64,000 nt of DNA from Octopus sinensis (taxonomy: Eukaryota): positions 109,430,001 to 109,494,000 of the forward strand of contig NC_042999.1 of assembly GCF_006345805.1 (NCBI RefSeq), written 5' to 3'. Made by a program: the position numbers and the translations under genes. Every line of letters begins with the position of its first letter. The first letter of the stretch is position 1. The notes under the pieces were generated by a model that did not search any database, had not been told where the DNA came from, and saw only the letters and a program-made list of their open reading frames with translations. Of the stretch, positions 12,977 through 25,203 are shown piece by piece.

Positions 12977-13599
12977 TATATATATATATATGCTAGAATA
13001 TCTACAAGAATATATATGTGGGTGTGAGTCACTGTGTGTGTATGTGAGTGTGTGTGTGTGTGTGTGTGCATATATGTATTTATGTGGGTGTGAGTGTTTG
13101 TATTTATGCATTTATTTATAAATAGGTACTTGAACAGTTTTGGTTATGTATAGACATATTTGAGCATATGCATAAATAAATAATATTTGCATGCGAATAG
13201 TATGTCTGTGTAAATGTGTATGTGCATGCATGTATGTTGTGTATGCATACATGTAAAGTATGCACATTGGATTGTATACATGTGTATATACATGCATTGT
13301 GTGCACAAATGTGTGTGTGTCTGTCTGCATAAATGCATAATGTGTGTATATATTTATGAGAACATAAGCACATAGATAAATTTGTGTTTCTGAATGATGT
13401 ATATGTATATGTATGTGAATGTATTCAACCCAACTTAATTATGGAATATAGTGTAACAAAAGCTTTTACACAAGGAAGCAGAATTTCAAGATAGACAATT
13501 CATTTACAACTATCTAATACAGATACATGCAAGTTATTTTGTTTAAAATAACTATACTAGTTAATATCCCCATTATAATATTCCAGAAGTTTTTCTTGT

Positions 13600-13633
13600 G
13601 CATTCTGTTTCATATATACATGCATATGTATGG

Positions 13634-13681
<48 letters not shown>

Positions 13682-13702
13682 ATGTGTCTATGCATGTATG
13701 TA

Positions 13703-13776
<74 letters not shown>

Positions 13777-14187
13777 CATACACACACATATATATATGTA
13801 TGTGTATATAGATATATACACATATATATGTCTGTACATGTATATATATACACATACATACATATGTATATATATATATATATATACATACATATGTCTG
13901 TACATGTATATATATACACATACATACATATGTATATATATATATATATATATACATACATACATATGTCTGTACATGTATATATATACACATACATACA
14001 TATGTATATATATATATATATACATACATACATATGTCTGTACATGTATATATATACACATACATACATATGTATATATATATATATATATATACATACA
14101 TACATATGTGTGTATATATATATATACATACATACATATGTGTGTATATATATATATATACATACATACATATGTGTGTGTGTATAT

Positions 14188-14222
<35 letters not shown>
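13600..14222. repeat. compound microsatellite with higher-order ~68-70-bp unit
   Basis: tatgtctgtacatgtatatatatacaca recurs four times among TA/CATA runs. The long Y/I/C/V/M/H/T ORFs here are artefacts. Confidence 0.85.
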
Positions 14223-14223
<1 letters not shown>

Positions 14224-14762
14224 AGGAATAAAAAGACATACTACAAGTGAACAGTGCCATATTTCTTTTTTTTGTGCAGCAAATTTACTTTTTTTTTATA
14301 GCAACCAATTTAGTTTTACATAAATTAAACAAGAAAAACAAGAATGCACCACAACTAGACTGGTTTGCTGGCTTGCATGTTTTTAAAACCTTGTTCTTAC
14401 CCTTTTCACTACAAAAGCAAGTTTAATCCTATTAATAGCAAAACACAGTTCAGCATGATTGACTAAAATTTCAATTCAAACAGGGCAACCATGAAATTTA
14501 TCAAAGGGACATAAAAGCAGTGACGGTTATTAATTCTAAGGGATCAGAGTGGTAGGGAACAGGGAAGTACATTCTATATCAACTATAAGCATAAGCCTAC
14601 TTTAAAGTGGTGAATTTTCTGGATTTATCTTTATGAAAATACATTTATGATTAACAGTTTCTGAGAGCTGCCATTGTTTCAAATAATACTTGATTTATAA
14701 TAGTATCCCTATTTCAATTAATTGATTACATAGCCATATTTTAACCTATTGATTATCACTTG

Positions 14763-14796
<34 letters not shown>

Positions 14797-15172
14797 CGTA
14801 AATTTAATATGCATGGATCACACTCACATGCATATGGATAGCTGGATGGCTATGGAAACATACATATGCACACACACACACACACACACATACATACATA
14901 CATATTCATATGTATGCATACATAATATCCATATATACCCACATATATGTGCATACATATCTATATATTCAGACATACATTATATATATACATATATATT
15001 CATATACAAACATATACATATATATAATATACACAGATAGATAGGTAGACATACACTTCTACATGTATATATGTGTGTTTATGTATATATATGTGCATAT
15101 GTATATAAATATATATATATACATACATATGTATAAACACACCCATATATCAAGTTGTGTACCTGTATATGA

Positions 15173-15221
<49 letters not shown>

Positions 15222-15950
15222 AACATATGTGTGTATGGAAACCTGCATACATATAAGTATCTATTAATATATATCTAGCGAGCTAGATGTATGTCATTAT
15301 TCAATTTTATTTCAAGATTTCTTGCCAATTGAGAAAGAGCTGGTTTCTAACCTAGATCCAAGTCTCCTTCATTGGAATTTCAACATCAACTTTTGTATGT
15401 ATGTATGTATGTATGTATGTATGTATGTATGTATGTATGTATGTATGTATGTATGCATGTATGTATTTATGTATCCATATACATATATACCCCATGCATA
15501 TATTTCAGATGTCGTGATCAATAACTTTGCTTTGCAGTTACATGTTTGCAGGTTTGAATACTTCTCTATGTTATCTTGTTCTGTTGTGAGTTTTGATTTA
15601 CCATTACCTTCTGGGGAGAAACATCGTAAAGGGAAACTGTATGAAAGCCTGTCCTTATCATCATCATTGCTGTTGTCATAATCCTGATCATCATCTTCAT
15701 TTTTAACTTCCATTTTCCATGTTGGCATGGGTTGGATGAGTTATCACATTCAATTTTCGTTCATTCAACTAGACTGGATAATCGTTTTATTGCTAGCCAC
15801 TTTCAGAGTACACTGGCTGAATTTTTTTGTGATACCAGTACTACTGATATTACTGGCTTGAATTACCTTGTATATTTATGTTTGTGTGTGAGTATGTGTG
15901 CATGTGCATATGTGTGTGTGCAAAGATGTGCATTTGTGCCTATATAATTT

Positions 15951-15981
<31 letters not shown>

Positions 15982-15999
15982 TTGTTGCTTTTATCCCTT

Positions 16000-16950
16000 A
16001 TATACTCCAGCCCAAATGCTGTACCTTGCCGGAGCACTGTCATTTTCATCATCTCCCCAATGGCCATTCCCATGTGGTCGGCTTTTGATAAATGTAGATA
16101 TTATATATTTTGGTCCTTATTTGAGTTTCTGGCTATGATGTAAGATCATCTAGATCTTGGACAGCAGACAGCCAAGATGCTTCTTGAAATCATCTAACCT
16201 CAGATGTCTCACATTTTTGGGCAAGCTATTAAACAGCTGTGGGCTCTTGAAACTTGAGCTGTTGCAATAACTAGTTCTTACTATATAAACGGGGTTTGGA
16301 ACCTTTGGCACTTTGCAGTGGCATCCTTGTCGAGAGTTGGTATAACTCTCAGTGCCAAATTTTGCTACCAGCCCCTCTTGTATCTTCCATATGAGCAGAT
16401 GTGCTTATCTTTTCTGTTTTTGCTCCAAAGAGCAGAGTCATAAATCTTTCAGCCTCTCCCAGGAGATCAACTGTCTCATTGAAGCAATCTTGATGTAGCA
16501 CTGTTGGATTGGGTTGAGTTCTGTTATTAATTTTACACTACGAGAATGACAGCTGTAGATTAAACAGCTAAGGATAAATGTCCTTCGTAAGACCAGCATA
16601 GTTACTTTGTCCCTTGTTCAGAAGGTTCTTAGAATGTACCTGCATGTTGCCATCATATTGGAGATATGTCCTTGAAATGAAGCATTGTCACTCGTATCAA
16701 CCACCAGGTCACACACTGACTTTGACTCTGTGATTGTTGTTCCTCCTTCTTCAAAATGTTTTTGGTGAAGTGTGCTGGCTCAAGCTGGCTATTAGCAAAT
16801 ATCCCTACATTAAATTGCATGTAGTGTTCTCCAGCCTATTTATATCTGATTTCTGCAGAAAATTAGCATCAAATGGTTATTGACCGCTTCTATTACTTTT
16901 GTATCATCAGCATAATTAGTTTGAGTGGCTGCCTGTATAAGTGATGGCAT
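16000..16950 (-). mobile_element. CR1/L2-group LINE 3' fragment (RT C-terminal half)
   Basis: YADDTK at ~16897-16914, then degenerate ...ISWERLKDL*LCSLEQ...PQLFNSLPKNVR...FKKHLG, typical of the CR1-group C-terminus. Confidence 0.85.
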
Positions 16951-17469
16951 ACCTTGGAGAGAGAGAGAGAGGGTGAAAGGGAGAGAGAAAGAGAGAGAGT
17001 GCCAGCATAAACAGCAGTGACCCCAAATCAGTTCTCTGGGGCACTCCATTCCCTATTGATGTCTACTTTGAGAGGGATCCATTGACTGCTCTCTCTCTAT
17101 GTATATGTGTGTGTGTGTGTGTATAAATATATATATAATGTATATGTATACAAGCACAATGTATACATACATATACATGTATGTGTAAATATCAATATAT
17201 AATAAATATAATATATACATATATATATATAATATATGACACACACACACACACACATAACGATTTCAAATTTTGGCACAAGGCCAGTAATTTTCAGGGA
17301 TGGGATTCAGTCAATTACATTATCCCTAGTGCTCAACTGGTACTTACTTTTTCGATGCCAAAAGGATGAGAGGTAAAGTTTACCTCAGTGGTATCTGAAC
17401 TCAGAATATAAAAATGCATGAAATACCACTAAGCATTTTGCCTTGTGTGGTAACAAGTCAACTTGCTGC

Positions 17470-17509
<40 letters not shown>

Positions 17510-17539
17510 TCATCATCATCATATATATATATAAATATA

Positions 17540-18659
17540 TTTTGATGTGGTGTGAAAGAAAGAAAGTTGTAAATATAGTCGAGCTAACGGTTCTTCATGA
17601 AGATAATATGGACGCCACTCGGGCTCGAAAATTGAACCGTTATGAAAACCTCCTCGAGGAATGTGAAGACGCAGGCTGGAAAGTGGAACATTTTCCTTTC
17701 GAAGTCGGATGTAGAGGGTTTGTTGGACACAGCGTGAGATGACTGTTGTTATCGCTAGGCCTAACTCATCGTAAAGTCAATACCACCATGACTGATAACT
17801 AATCTACAGTGGAGAAGGCTAGCCACTGGATTTGGTTAAAAAGAGACGATGAGCGATGGCTAGAAGTATATTGAGATCTTCATAACCAGCTGATCTAGCA
17901 AGCGGGGCCTCATATCAGTGAGGGGGGGGGGCATCGAGAGGTAGGCCCCGAAATGGTGCACGAAATGGTGCACATTCTCTCCTGATGACCCCATACACTT
18001 GCTAGCTTCCAGTATAAGGAGCTTTTAACTGGTAGCACTTGCATGTGCAAGTTGTTTGCAAGACATATATATATATATATATTATATATATATATATATA
18101 TATCATCATCATCATCATATATATATATAATATATTTTGATGTGGTGTGAAAGAAAGAAAGTTGTAAATATAGTCGAGCTAACGGTTCTTCATGAAGATA
18201 ATATGGACGCCACTCGGGCTCGAAAATTGAACCGTTATGAAAACCTCCTCGAGGAATGTGAAGACGCAGGCTGGAAAGTGGAACATTTTCCTTTCGAAGT
18301 CGGATGTAGAGGGTTTGTTGGACACAGCGTGAGATGACTGTTGTTATCGCTAGGCCTAACTCATCGTAAAGTCAATACCACCATGACTGATATCTAATCT
18401 ACAGTGGAGAAGGCTAGCCACTGGATTTGGTTAAAAAGAGACGATGAGCGATGGCTAGAAGTATATTGAGATCTTCATAACCAGCTGATCTAGCAAGCGG
18501 GGCCTCATATCAGTGAGGGGGGGGGGCATCGAGAGGTAGGCCCCGAAATGGTGCACGAAATGGTGCACATTCTCTCCTGATGACCCCATACACTTGCTAG
18601 CTTCCAGTATAAGGAGCTTTTAACTGGTAGCACTTGCATGTGCAAGTTGTTTGCAAGAC

Positions 18660-18714
<55 letters not shown>

Positions 18715-19268
18715 TCATCATCATCATATATATATAAATATATTTTGATGTGGTGTGAAAGAAAGAAAGTTGTAAATATAGTCGAGCTAACGGTTCTTCA
18801 TGAAGATAATATGGACGCCACTCGGGCTCGAAAATTGAACCGTTATGAAAACCTCCTCGAGGAATGTGAAGACGCAGGCTGGAAAGTGGAACATTTTCCT
18901 TTCGAAGTCGGATGTAGAGGGTTTGTTGGACACAGCGTGAGATGACTGTTGTTATCGCTAGGCCTAACTCATCGTAAAGTCAATACCACCATGACTGATA
19001 ACTAATCTACAGTGGAGAAGGCTAGCCACTGGATTTGGTTAAAAAGAGACGATGAGCGATGGCTAGAAGTATATTGAGATCTTCATAACCAGCTGATCTA
19101 GCAAGCGGGGCCTCATATCAGTGAGGGGGGGGGGGCATCGAGAGGTAGGCCCCGAAATGGTGCACGAAATGGTGCACATTCTCTCCTGATGACCCCATAC
19201 ACTTGCTAGCTTCCAGTATAAGGAGCTTTTAACTGGTAGCACTTGCATGTGCAAGTTGTTTGCAAGAC
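17540..19268 (+). mobile_element. three tandem copies of a HERO-like (RLE) retrotransposon 3' end: 17540-18064, 18135-18659, 18743-19268
   Basis: Each copy encodes LMWCERKKVVNIVELTVLHEDNMDATRARKLNRYENLLEECEDAGWKVEHFPFEVGCRGFVGHSVR*...VEKASHWIWLKR, matching the restriction-like endonuclease C-terminus (ELTVPWE...EVGCRGF...RASRWLW) of HERO-clade elements. Units are separated by (TA)n(CAT)n(TA)n. Confidence 0.85.
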
Positions 19269-19304
<36 letters not shown>

Positions 19305-20734
19305 GGTTTAAGAGACAGAATCACCCTCAACCATCATTGAACGACGCCATCCACAATAGGTACATATAGGACTAAATATCAAAATTATCAAAATTAATAC
19401 CTACACTTCTTATTCCAAATTATCAAAATTAATACCTTCAATTTTTATTTCAATTCATATACTTTACTATGCATGTTTCATGACAACATATTCCTTGATA
19501 TTGCTGAAATAGAATGTTTTTAAATACAATACCATATTAAAATGATTATATTGCTAATCTTCAGGTCTAGGATATATGGACTTACTTTCCTATTTACATC
19601 CTATATAAAGACATGACAAACTAAAATTATATAACTAGAAGTTGTTGGAATAATTTTTACTTTAGTAAATAATGAACAGAAATGTGGAATAAAAGTAGGA
19701 AAAATAAATGTTAGTAAAAAGAAATGTTAACTTATCTGTATGGTAATTTTCTCTCCATGAATTAAACATGGCTACCAGCAATCGTATAATCCAACATTGA
19801 GAGCTACTTTTGGGGGGAGTCAATTCTTATTAACATTTAAAAGTCCTTAAAAGGTATTTTCTATTATAATAATAAATCAGGAGAATCCAGAAGTGAGTGT
19901 ATGATGGGAATAGCCTTTTTTTTCTGGTTAATTTATTTTATATGTATGTTAACTTTGATAAATAATAAATTTCTTGGTTGGTAAATAGGTAAACTAAATT
20001 ACTCAACTTATAATTAAAAAAATTTTTTAATATTTTGAAATAAGTAAAAGTCAGTAAAAATTAGTAAAAATCAGTAAAAATCTAATTTTTTATTATTTTT
20101 ATAATTATAATACAATTAATATATATAGATTATACTGTTAGTCTTAAAATTGACATTATTCTTAAAATTGTGTTTCTAAATTAAGATTAGAAATTTAGAA
20201 TAATACCATCTAATGTTATACTATATATTTTTATTAAGAAACTAAAATATCAGAAATTAGAAGTTTGTGTGTCTGTGTTTGTCCCCTCACCATCGCTTGA
20301 CAACTGATGTTGGTATGTTTACATCTCCATAACTTAGCGGTTTGGCAAAAGAGACTGACTGAATAAGTACTAGGCTTACAAAGAATAAGTTCTAGGGTCG
20401 AATTGTTTGACTAAAAGCAGTGCTCCAGCACAGCCACAGTGAAATGACAGAAACAAGTAGAAGAATATTATACTTAAAGAAGAATATTACAGACAGTGAC
20501 TTCAAAGTTTCCACCCAGCTAAATCATCATCTGATGAAACATTGAAGTCAGAGTCAATGATACTTTTCATAAAGAATGATAAAATTTTCACTCTACAGAA
20601 ACATAGTGGAACCATTCAGACTAATGTAAAATTGTTTTTAATATAACAGCATAAAACAGACATTGATACATATATACACACACATACATATACACACAGA
20701 CATATATAGATATACACACACATGTGTGTATATA

Positions 20735-20949
20735 TAACAGATCACCATGTTGATTCGCTAGCTTCTGCACGCATTTTTTTCTCTCCTTGTTTCTCTCCGT
20801 GTTTTTTTTCTGAGTATCTTACTGTTGAAGAGCGTAGGCTCGAAATGTAAAAGACTTGTTTTATTTATATTCCTGAGCACCATACTAATACAATTGTTTG
20901 TTTGTATTCCACTTGCCTTCGTCTTTTGTTTATTTTCATAAAGCTTCCC

Positions 20950-20950
<1 letters not shown>
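20735..20950 (+). mobile_element. PLE-type terminal fragment with variant hammerhead-like motif (20816-20854)
   Basis: tctta-CTGTTGA-a-gagc-gtag-gctc-GAAA-t-GTA-aaaga, followed by a (TA)n tract. Confidence 0.5.
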
Positions 20951-20986
<36 letters not shown>

Positions 20987-20989
<3 letters not shown>

Positions 20990-21051
20990 CAATATGTTAC
21001 ATTACTCGGTAGTCAAGATAAAACACTACCGAGTAATGTAACATATTGTAT
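20987..21051. repeat. perfect 27-bp inverted repeat with 11-nt loop
   Basis: atacaatatgttacattactcggtagt / actaccgagtaatgtaacatattgtat. Confidence 0.95.
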
Positions 21052-21539
21052 AGATAACTTTCCTCTATTTACATAATATTGAGGTCTCTTTCTTTCTTTT
21101 GTTATCTTACCGTTTTACCAATATATATATATATATATATATCGTTGCTCACACGTGACCATCATTCATCTTTCTTTTCCTCATGTGATTATCTTTTCTT
21201 GTATGGACGTTCAAAAAGAATGGACTTTTTTTCTCCCTCTTCTATCTTTTTCCATTTCAAATATTTCTCACAGCATTCACTATTTTCCTCTCATCTGGTC
21301 TTATGACCCTACATATTTGTTTCCTTGTATGTCTCCACTGTCATGTTTTTGTTCATAACTTTGACCCTCCATAAATCCTAAATTTTATTTTAGAATTTAT
21401 GGAAGCGGCTGTCTTTGAAGACTCATATTCTCATTGATTCATACTAGATTCATTTCTTTCAAGAAATATATATGTATATAGTTTTAAAATCTCTAAATTG
21501 GAAAAGAGTAGTAACAATACTAAACAGTAAAGTTTATTT

Positions 21540-21932
21540 GCCGACATAAGGCAGCTGTTCTATCAAGAACTATGTTACTACTTTTTAACCCCAGAAAAAC
21601 ATCTTTCCCAGTAGGTTAATGACACAGAACCTGTGTCTGATATATTGTAAGAGAGTGAATTACTCCACTCTAGCTTTAACAGGACCAGTAGACCATTGTT
21701 TCTAGGTCTTTTCCCTGCCATCTCTAGCTGGCAGGTATCTAGTACTGATGATGGGAAAAGACCTAGAAACCATGGTCTACTGGTCCTGTTAAAGCTAGAG
21801 GGGAATAGTTTGCTCTTTTGCTCACAATAAATCAGACACAAGTTGTGTGTTGTTAACCAGCTGGGAAAGATGTTTTCCTGGGGTTAAAAAGTAGTAACAT
21901 AGTTCTGGATAGAGCAGCCACTTTATGTTGGC
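21540..21932. mobile_element. long inverted repeat (arms 21540-21715 and 21753-21932), PLE-type insertion with inverted terminal copy
   Basis: Arms align by eye at roughly 85% identity. The plus-strand unit contains a hammerhead. Confidence 0.8.
21739..21783 (+). ncRNA. minimal type I hammerhead ribozyme, canonical core
   Basis: Stem I ctagta/tactgg; CUGAUGA (21745-21751); stem II uggg/ccua with a 6-nt loop; GAAA (21766-21769); self-complementary helix III ACCAUGGU; GUC triplet at 21775-21777. Confidence 0.8.
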
Positions 21933-22934
21933 TGTTTTATGTGTGTGTGTGTGTGATTGGATGAGCTTGTCATGCACCAGTTTAGATTTCAGCTCTAATG
22001 TTAATCTCATTAAACTTCCACTGTCCTATGTACAGATGAGCCCTCTTCAGTCAAAGGTGGGCTATGACAAAATACAAAGTGCACATCAATAATAAGTGAA
22101 AAAAGAACATGGACATTGACTTGGTACTGCTTTAATTCATCTGTTACATATGTTTCAGTATTCCACAACACATGACATCGTATAATAGATACATTCACTG
22201 AATGCACCTCACTGGGCCAACATGATAGGCAAACATATCATCAGATAATATATAGGAGATATAGAATAGACATGCGATGAAGGACTGAAACCTCAGTCTT
22301 CACATTTGTTTCTTTGGTTCTCGGACTGTGCACTTGAAATCCATTTGCTTAAGCTGTCAAATTTATAATTTTCTTAGGTTAAACAGAGGTGAATGTAAAT
22401 AAACCCAATCAATTTCACTTCCAGTGAATTAGTTTGGCTTTAACACAAGTCTATATTCATGATAGCTATAAAAATCAGCCAGTTCCTTCTATGACTTTCA
22501 GGCAGTTTATTTCTGTCACCTTCTACCAGTTACATACCAGCTTTGCAGAGACTTCGTCTTCACACACATACCAGCACACTAAAAACTTCTTTCACATCAG
22601 CCTTTAATCGTTGACCATTTTTGTTCCAGTAGCAGACTACTATAAGGATTGGACAAAAGATTCTTGATGTAAGCAAACTGGCACCGACTATACAAACATT
22701 TGTGTTCTTTTCCAACTCATCACAGTTGTGTAATTATGTAACAATTGAATAAAATCATATTAAGTGAAAACTATCATCAATTCCTTTCAATGCATTCAGA
22801 AATTATCCACTTGTTAAATCTTCTGTAATTCATCTTATGACCACTGTGACTCATTCCTACAAATACTCCAGCCTATCTATGACTCACCCAGTGCATGAAA
22901 CATCAATGCCTTCTTCATCTATAGATATAGCATT

Positions 22935-23320
22935 TACTCAGTCAGCAATTACCTTAAAAGTACCACCATTTTTAACACACAACCTGGCTCTATGGATCAC
23001 AAACATTAAAGCATAGTTTATTGTGGATAGATTGTTAGTGATACAATCCGAACAGTACATGTCACTTCCACCAGATGTCACCATGAAAGTCAGAGATTTA
23101 GTAACAGCTCCACCCCATGCTGTCTTGTAAAATACTCTACAGAAAGAACTCATTAAAACTATCTCTGTTTTGCAGCAGAAATTACTTCACTAACTCCTAA
23201 TAGCAGAAGAGCTTGGCACAAGAAATGTTGCAGCTCCTGTGACAACTGAAACAATTTCTGGGAGACAACACACTTCATGACAAAATATTCAAAGAACTCT
23301 TACTGAGGTGACTATCCTTC
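22935..23320 (+). mobile_element. Ty3/Gypsy gag relic (LKxPPF...LPP...VRDL...EELG type)
   Basis: SAITLKVPPFLTHNLALWITNIKA*F...SLPPDVTMKVRDLVTAPP...AEELG, then after a frameshift LQLL*QLKQFLGDNTLHDKIFKELLLR. Confidence 0.8.
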
Positions 23321-23431
23321 TGTATGAAGTGGATTTAAATGGCATAAGCATGTGATGGCTGGTATGAGAAGTATAAGGGTAATCCAGTGCAGCCCGATAT
23401 ACATCAGCCAAATGAAAGGATGAAGGGAAAC

Positions 23432-23637
23432 TGTTATGTCGCACGTTCGAATGCCTCTACTACTCAACTCTACTCCTCTGTCTCTCAACTGTTCTCTTCT
23501 CTTCCGACTGTTACTCAACTCCTCTCTACTCTCTCTGCTACTCAACTGTTCTCTCTACTCCTCGACATCTAGACTTCTCCCTCTATATCTAAGTATTGAG
23601 CTAGTCTACTTCGTCCTCTGGGGGCGTCCACACAACA
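23432..23637. mobile_element. solo LTR, 206 bp
   Basis: Starts TGTTATGT and ends ACACAACA (7/8 inverted match, TG...CA). Exact 5-bp TSD GAAAC at 23427-23431 and 23638-23642. Confidence 0.8.
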
Positions 23638-23849
23638 GAAACAATGCAGTTCCCGAATACATGGGATTAGTAAAAAATGAGTCGAAGGTATGAGATAGAC
23701 TTATGCAATTCCTTATAAATAGGCCTAGTGGAAGAATGAAGGTTGATCTCTGGAGGAATTAAGCAACAAGGTTAAGATGGAGTTTCAAGGATTCAAAAGG
23801 TGTGAAATGAGTGAGAAAGCAAGAGGTAAAAAAGTAAGTTTGACAAAGT

Positions 23850-24135
23850 ACAAGGTACTTTGCGGCACCACATATTGCCACTCAGAATGATTCTTTGTCC
23901 TCTCCTCTATGAGATGTATCATCTTCATATCATCCTTCATCACTTCATCCCAAGTCTTCCTTGGTTTCTTTCTTCTATGAGTTCCATGAACTTTGAGTTT
24001 AAGGCACTTCTTTATGCAGCAGTCATTTTCATATGTGCCACATGCTCATACCAGCACAGCCTTCTTTTCTGCACACTACACCTGATTACTCTGATACCTA
24101 GTTTTTCTCTCAGCTCATTTACAATCTGATGTTTA
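23850..24135 (-). mobile_element. RTE LINE 3' coding fragment
   Basis: Minus strand ...ELREKLGIRVIRCSVQKRRLCWYEHVAHM... Confidence 0.75.
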
Positions 24136-24244
24136 TGCACATTAATTATACACATCCACTGAGGTATTTACTGAAAATTATAGAAAAGCCGTGTTTTAAG
24201 AAATAATCTACTTCTATTCATGTTAGCAAACATAAGCGAACATA

Positions 24245-24640
24245 GGCGCAGGAGTGGCTGTCTGGTAAGTAGCTTGTTTACCAACCACATGGTCCCGGGT
24301 TCAGTCCCACTGCGTGGAACCTTGGGCAAGTGTCTTCTACTATAGCCTCGGGCCGACCAAAGCCTTGTGAGTGGATTTGGTAGACGGAAACTGAAAGAAG
24401 CCCGTCGTATATATGTATATATATATATGTGTGTGTGTTTGTGTGTCTGTGTTTGTCCCCCTAGCATTGCTTGACAACCGATGCTGGTGTGTTTATGTCC
24501 CCGTTACTTAGCGGTTCGGCAAAAGAGACCGATAGAATAAGTACTGGGCTTACAAAAGAATAAGTCCCGGGGTCGAGTTGCTCGATTAAAGGCTATGCTC
24601 CAGCATGGCCGCAGTCAAATGACTGAAACAAGTAAAAAAA
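24245..24640 (+). mobile_element. tRNA-derived CORE-type SINE, family B, near full length; other copies at 38333-38730 (+), ~37240-37405 (+), ~39690-39890 (-), ~48530-48750 (-), ~20265-20460 (+)
   Basis: A-box-like tggctgtctgg, B-box ggttcagtccc, CORE-like accttgggcaagtgtcttctactatagc, an internal TA/TG microsatellite, and 3' ...gactgaaacaagtaaaa. Confidence 0.9.
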
Positions 24641-25203
24641 GATTATAAAAATATATACAGACATTGCGCATTAGTCCAAGTGGATAGGCGTGTATGATTT
24701 TCTTTTCCCTATTTTAAGAATAGGGTAAAGTGCTGGTGGTGGGTATATGTGTGTGTGTGTGTGTGTGTGTGATTTGTGAGTGTGGAAACGCATAAGGGTG
24801 CCATAAATGTTTTAGGAACCTTTTTAGCTTCTTCAGAAATTTAGTAAAATCTCATTTAAAGGTCATCACCTTGTTACTCTGAACTGAAATAATTTTGAGA
24901 GGTTTCCTTCCTAATGAACAGGTTTTTAACGATGACATCTGAATGTTTCAATTCTTAGATGGTAAAATTAATACCACCACACGGTCCTTGCTGCCTTTAG
25001 TAAAGTTTACTTTGCAACCATTCAGACCATGTTGCTGATATGAGAGAAAAAAAAATTACTCCCTTTCTACCCATAATCTCAGGGGATATGGAAAAATGAA
25101 AGATCATGAGTACTGCCCACCACTTTCCTTGATTAACTGGCAAGAAAATATGCATCAAAATCTGAACAGAAAAAGCATACTTTGCTAACAAGCTATATTT
25201 GTT

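Noticed and set aside
13557-14260. ORFs of 190-208 aa, and similar ORFs at 34826-35249, 36037-36525, 43374-43915 and 44771-45638
   Set aside because: They are translations of TA/CA/CATA microsatellites, which lack stops in several frames at once.
20497-20550. 15-bp inverted repeat containing GAAAC(T/A)TTGAAGTC, resembling a hammerhead 3' half
   Set aside because: No pairing stem I or stem II and no correctly placed CUGANGA. Too degenerate to call.
22274-22302. gcgatgaaggactgaaacctcagtcttca hammerhead-like string
   Set aside because: It folds as a simple hairpin, the core is non-canonical, and stems I and II are absent.
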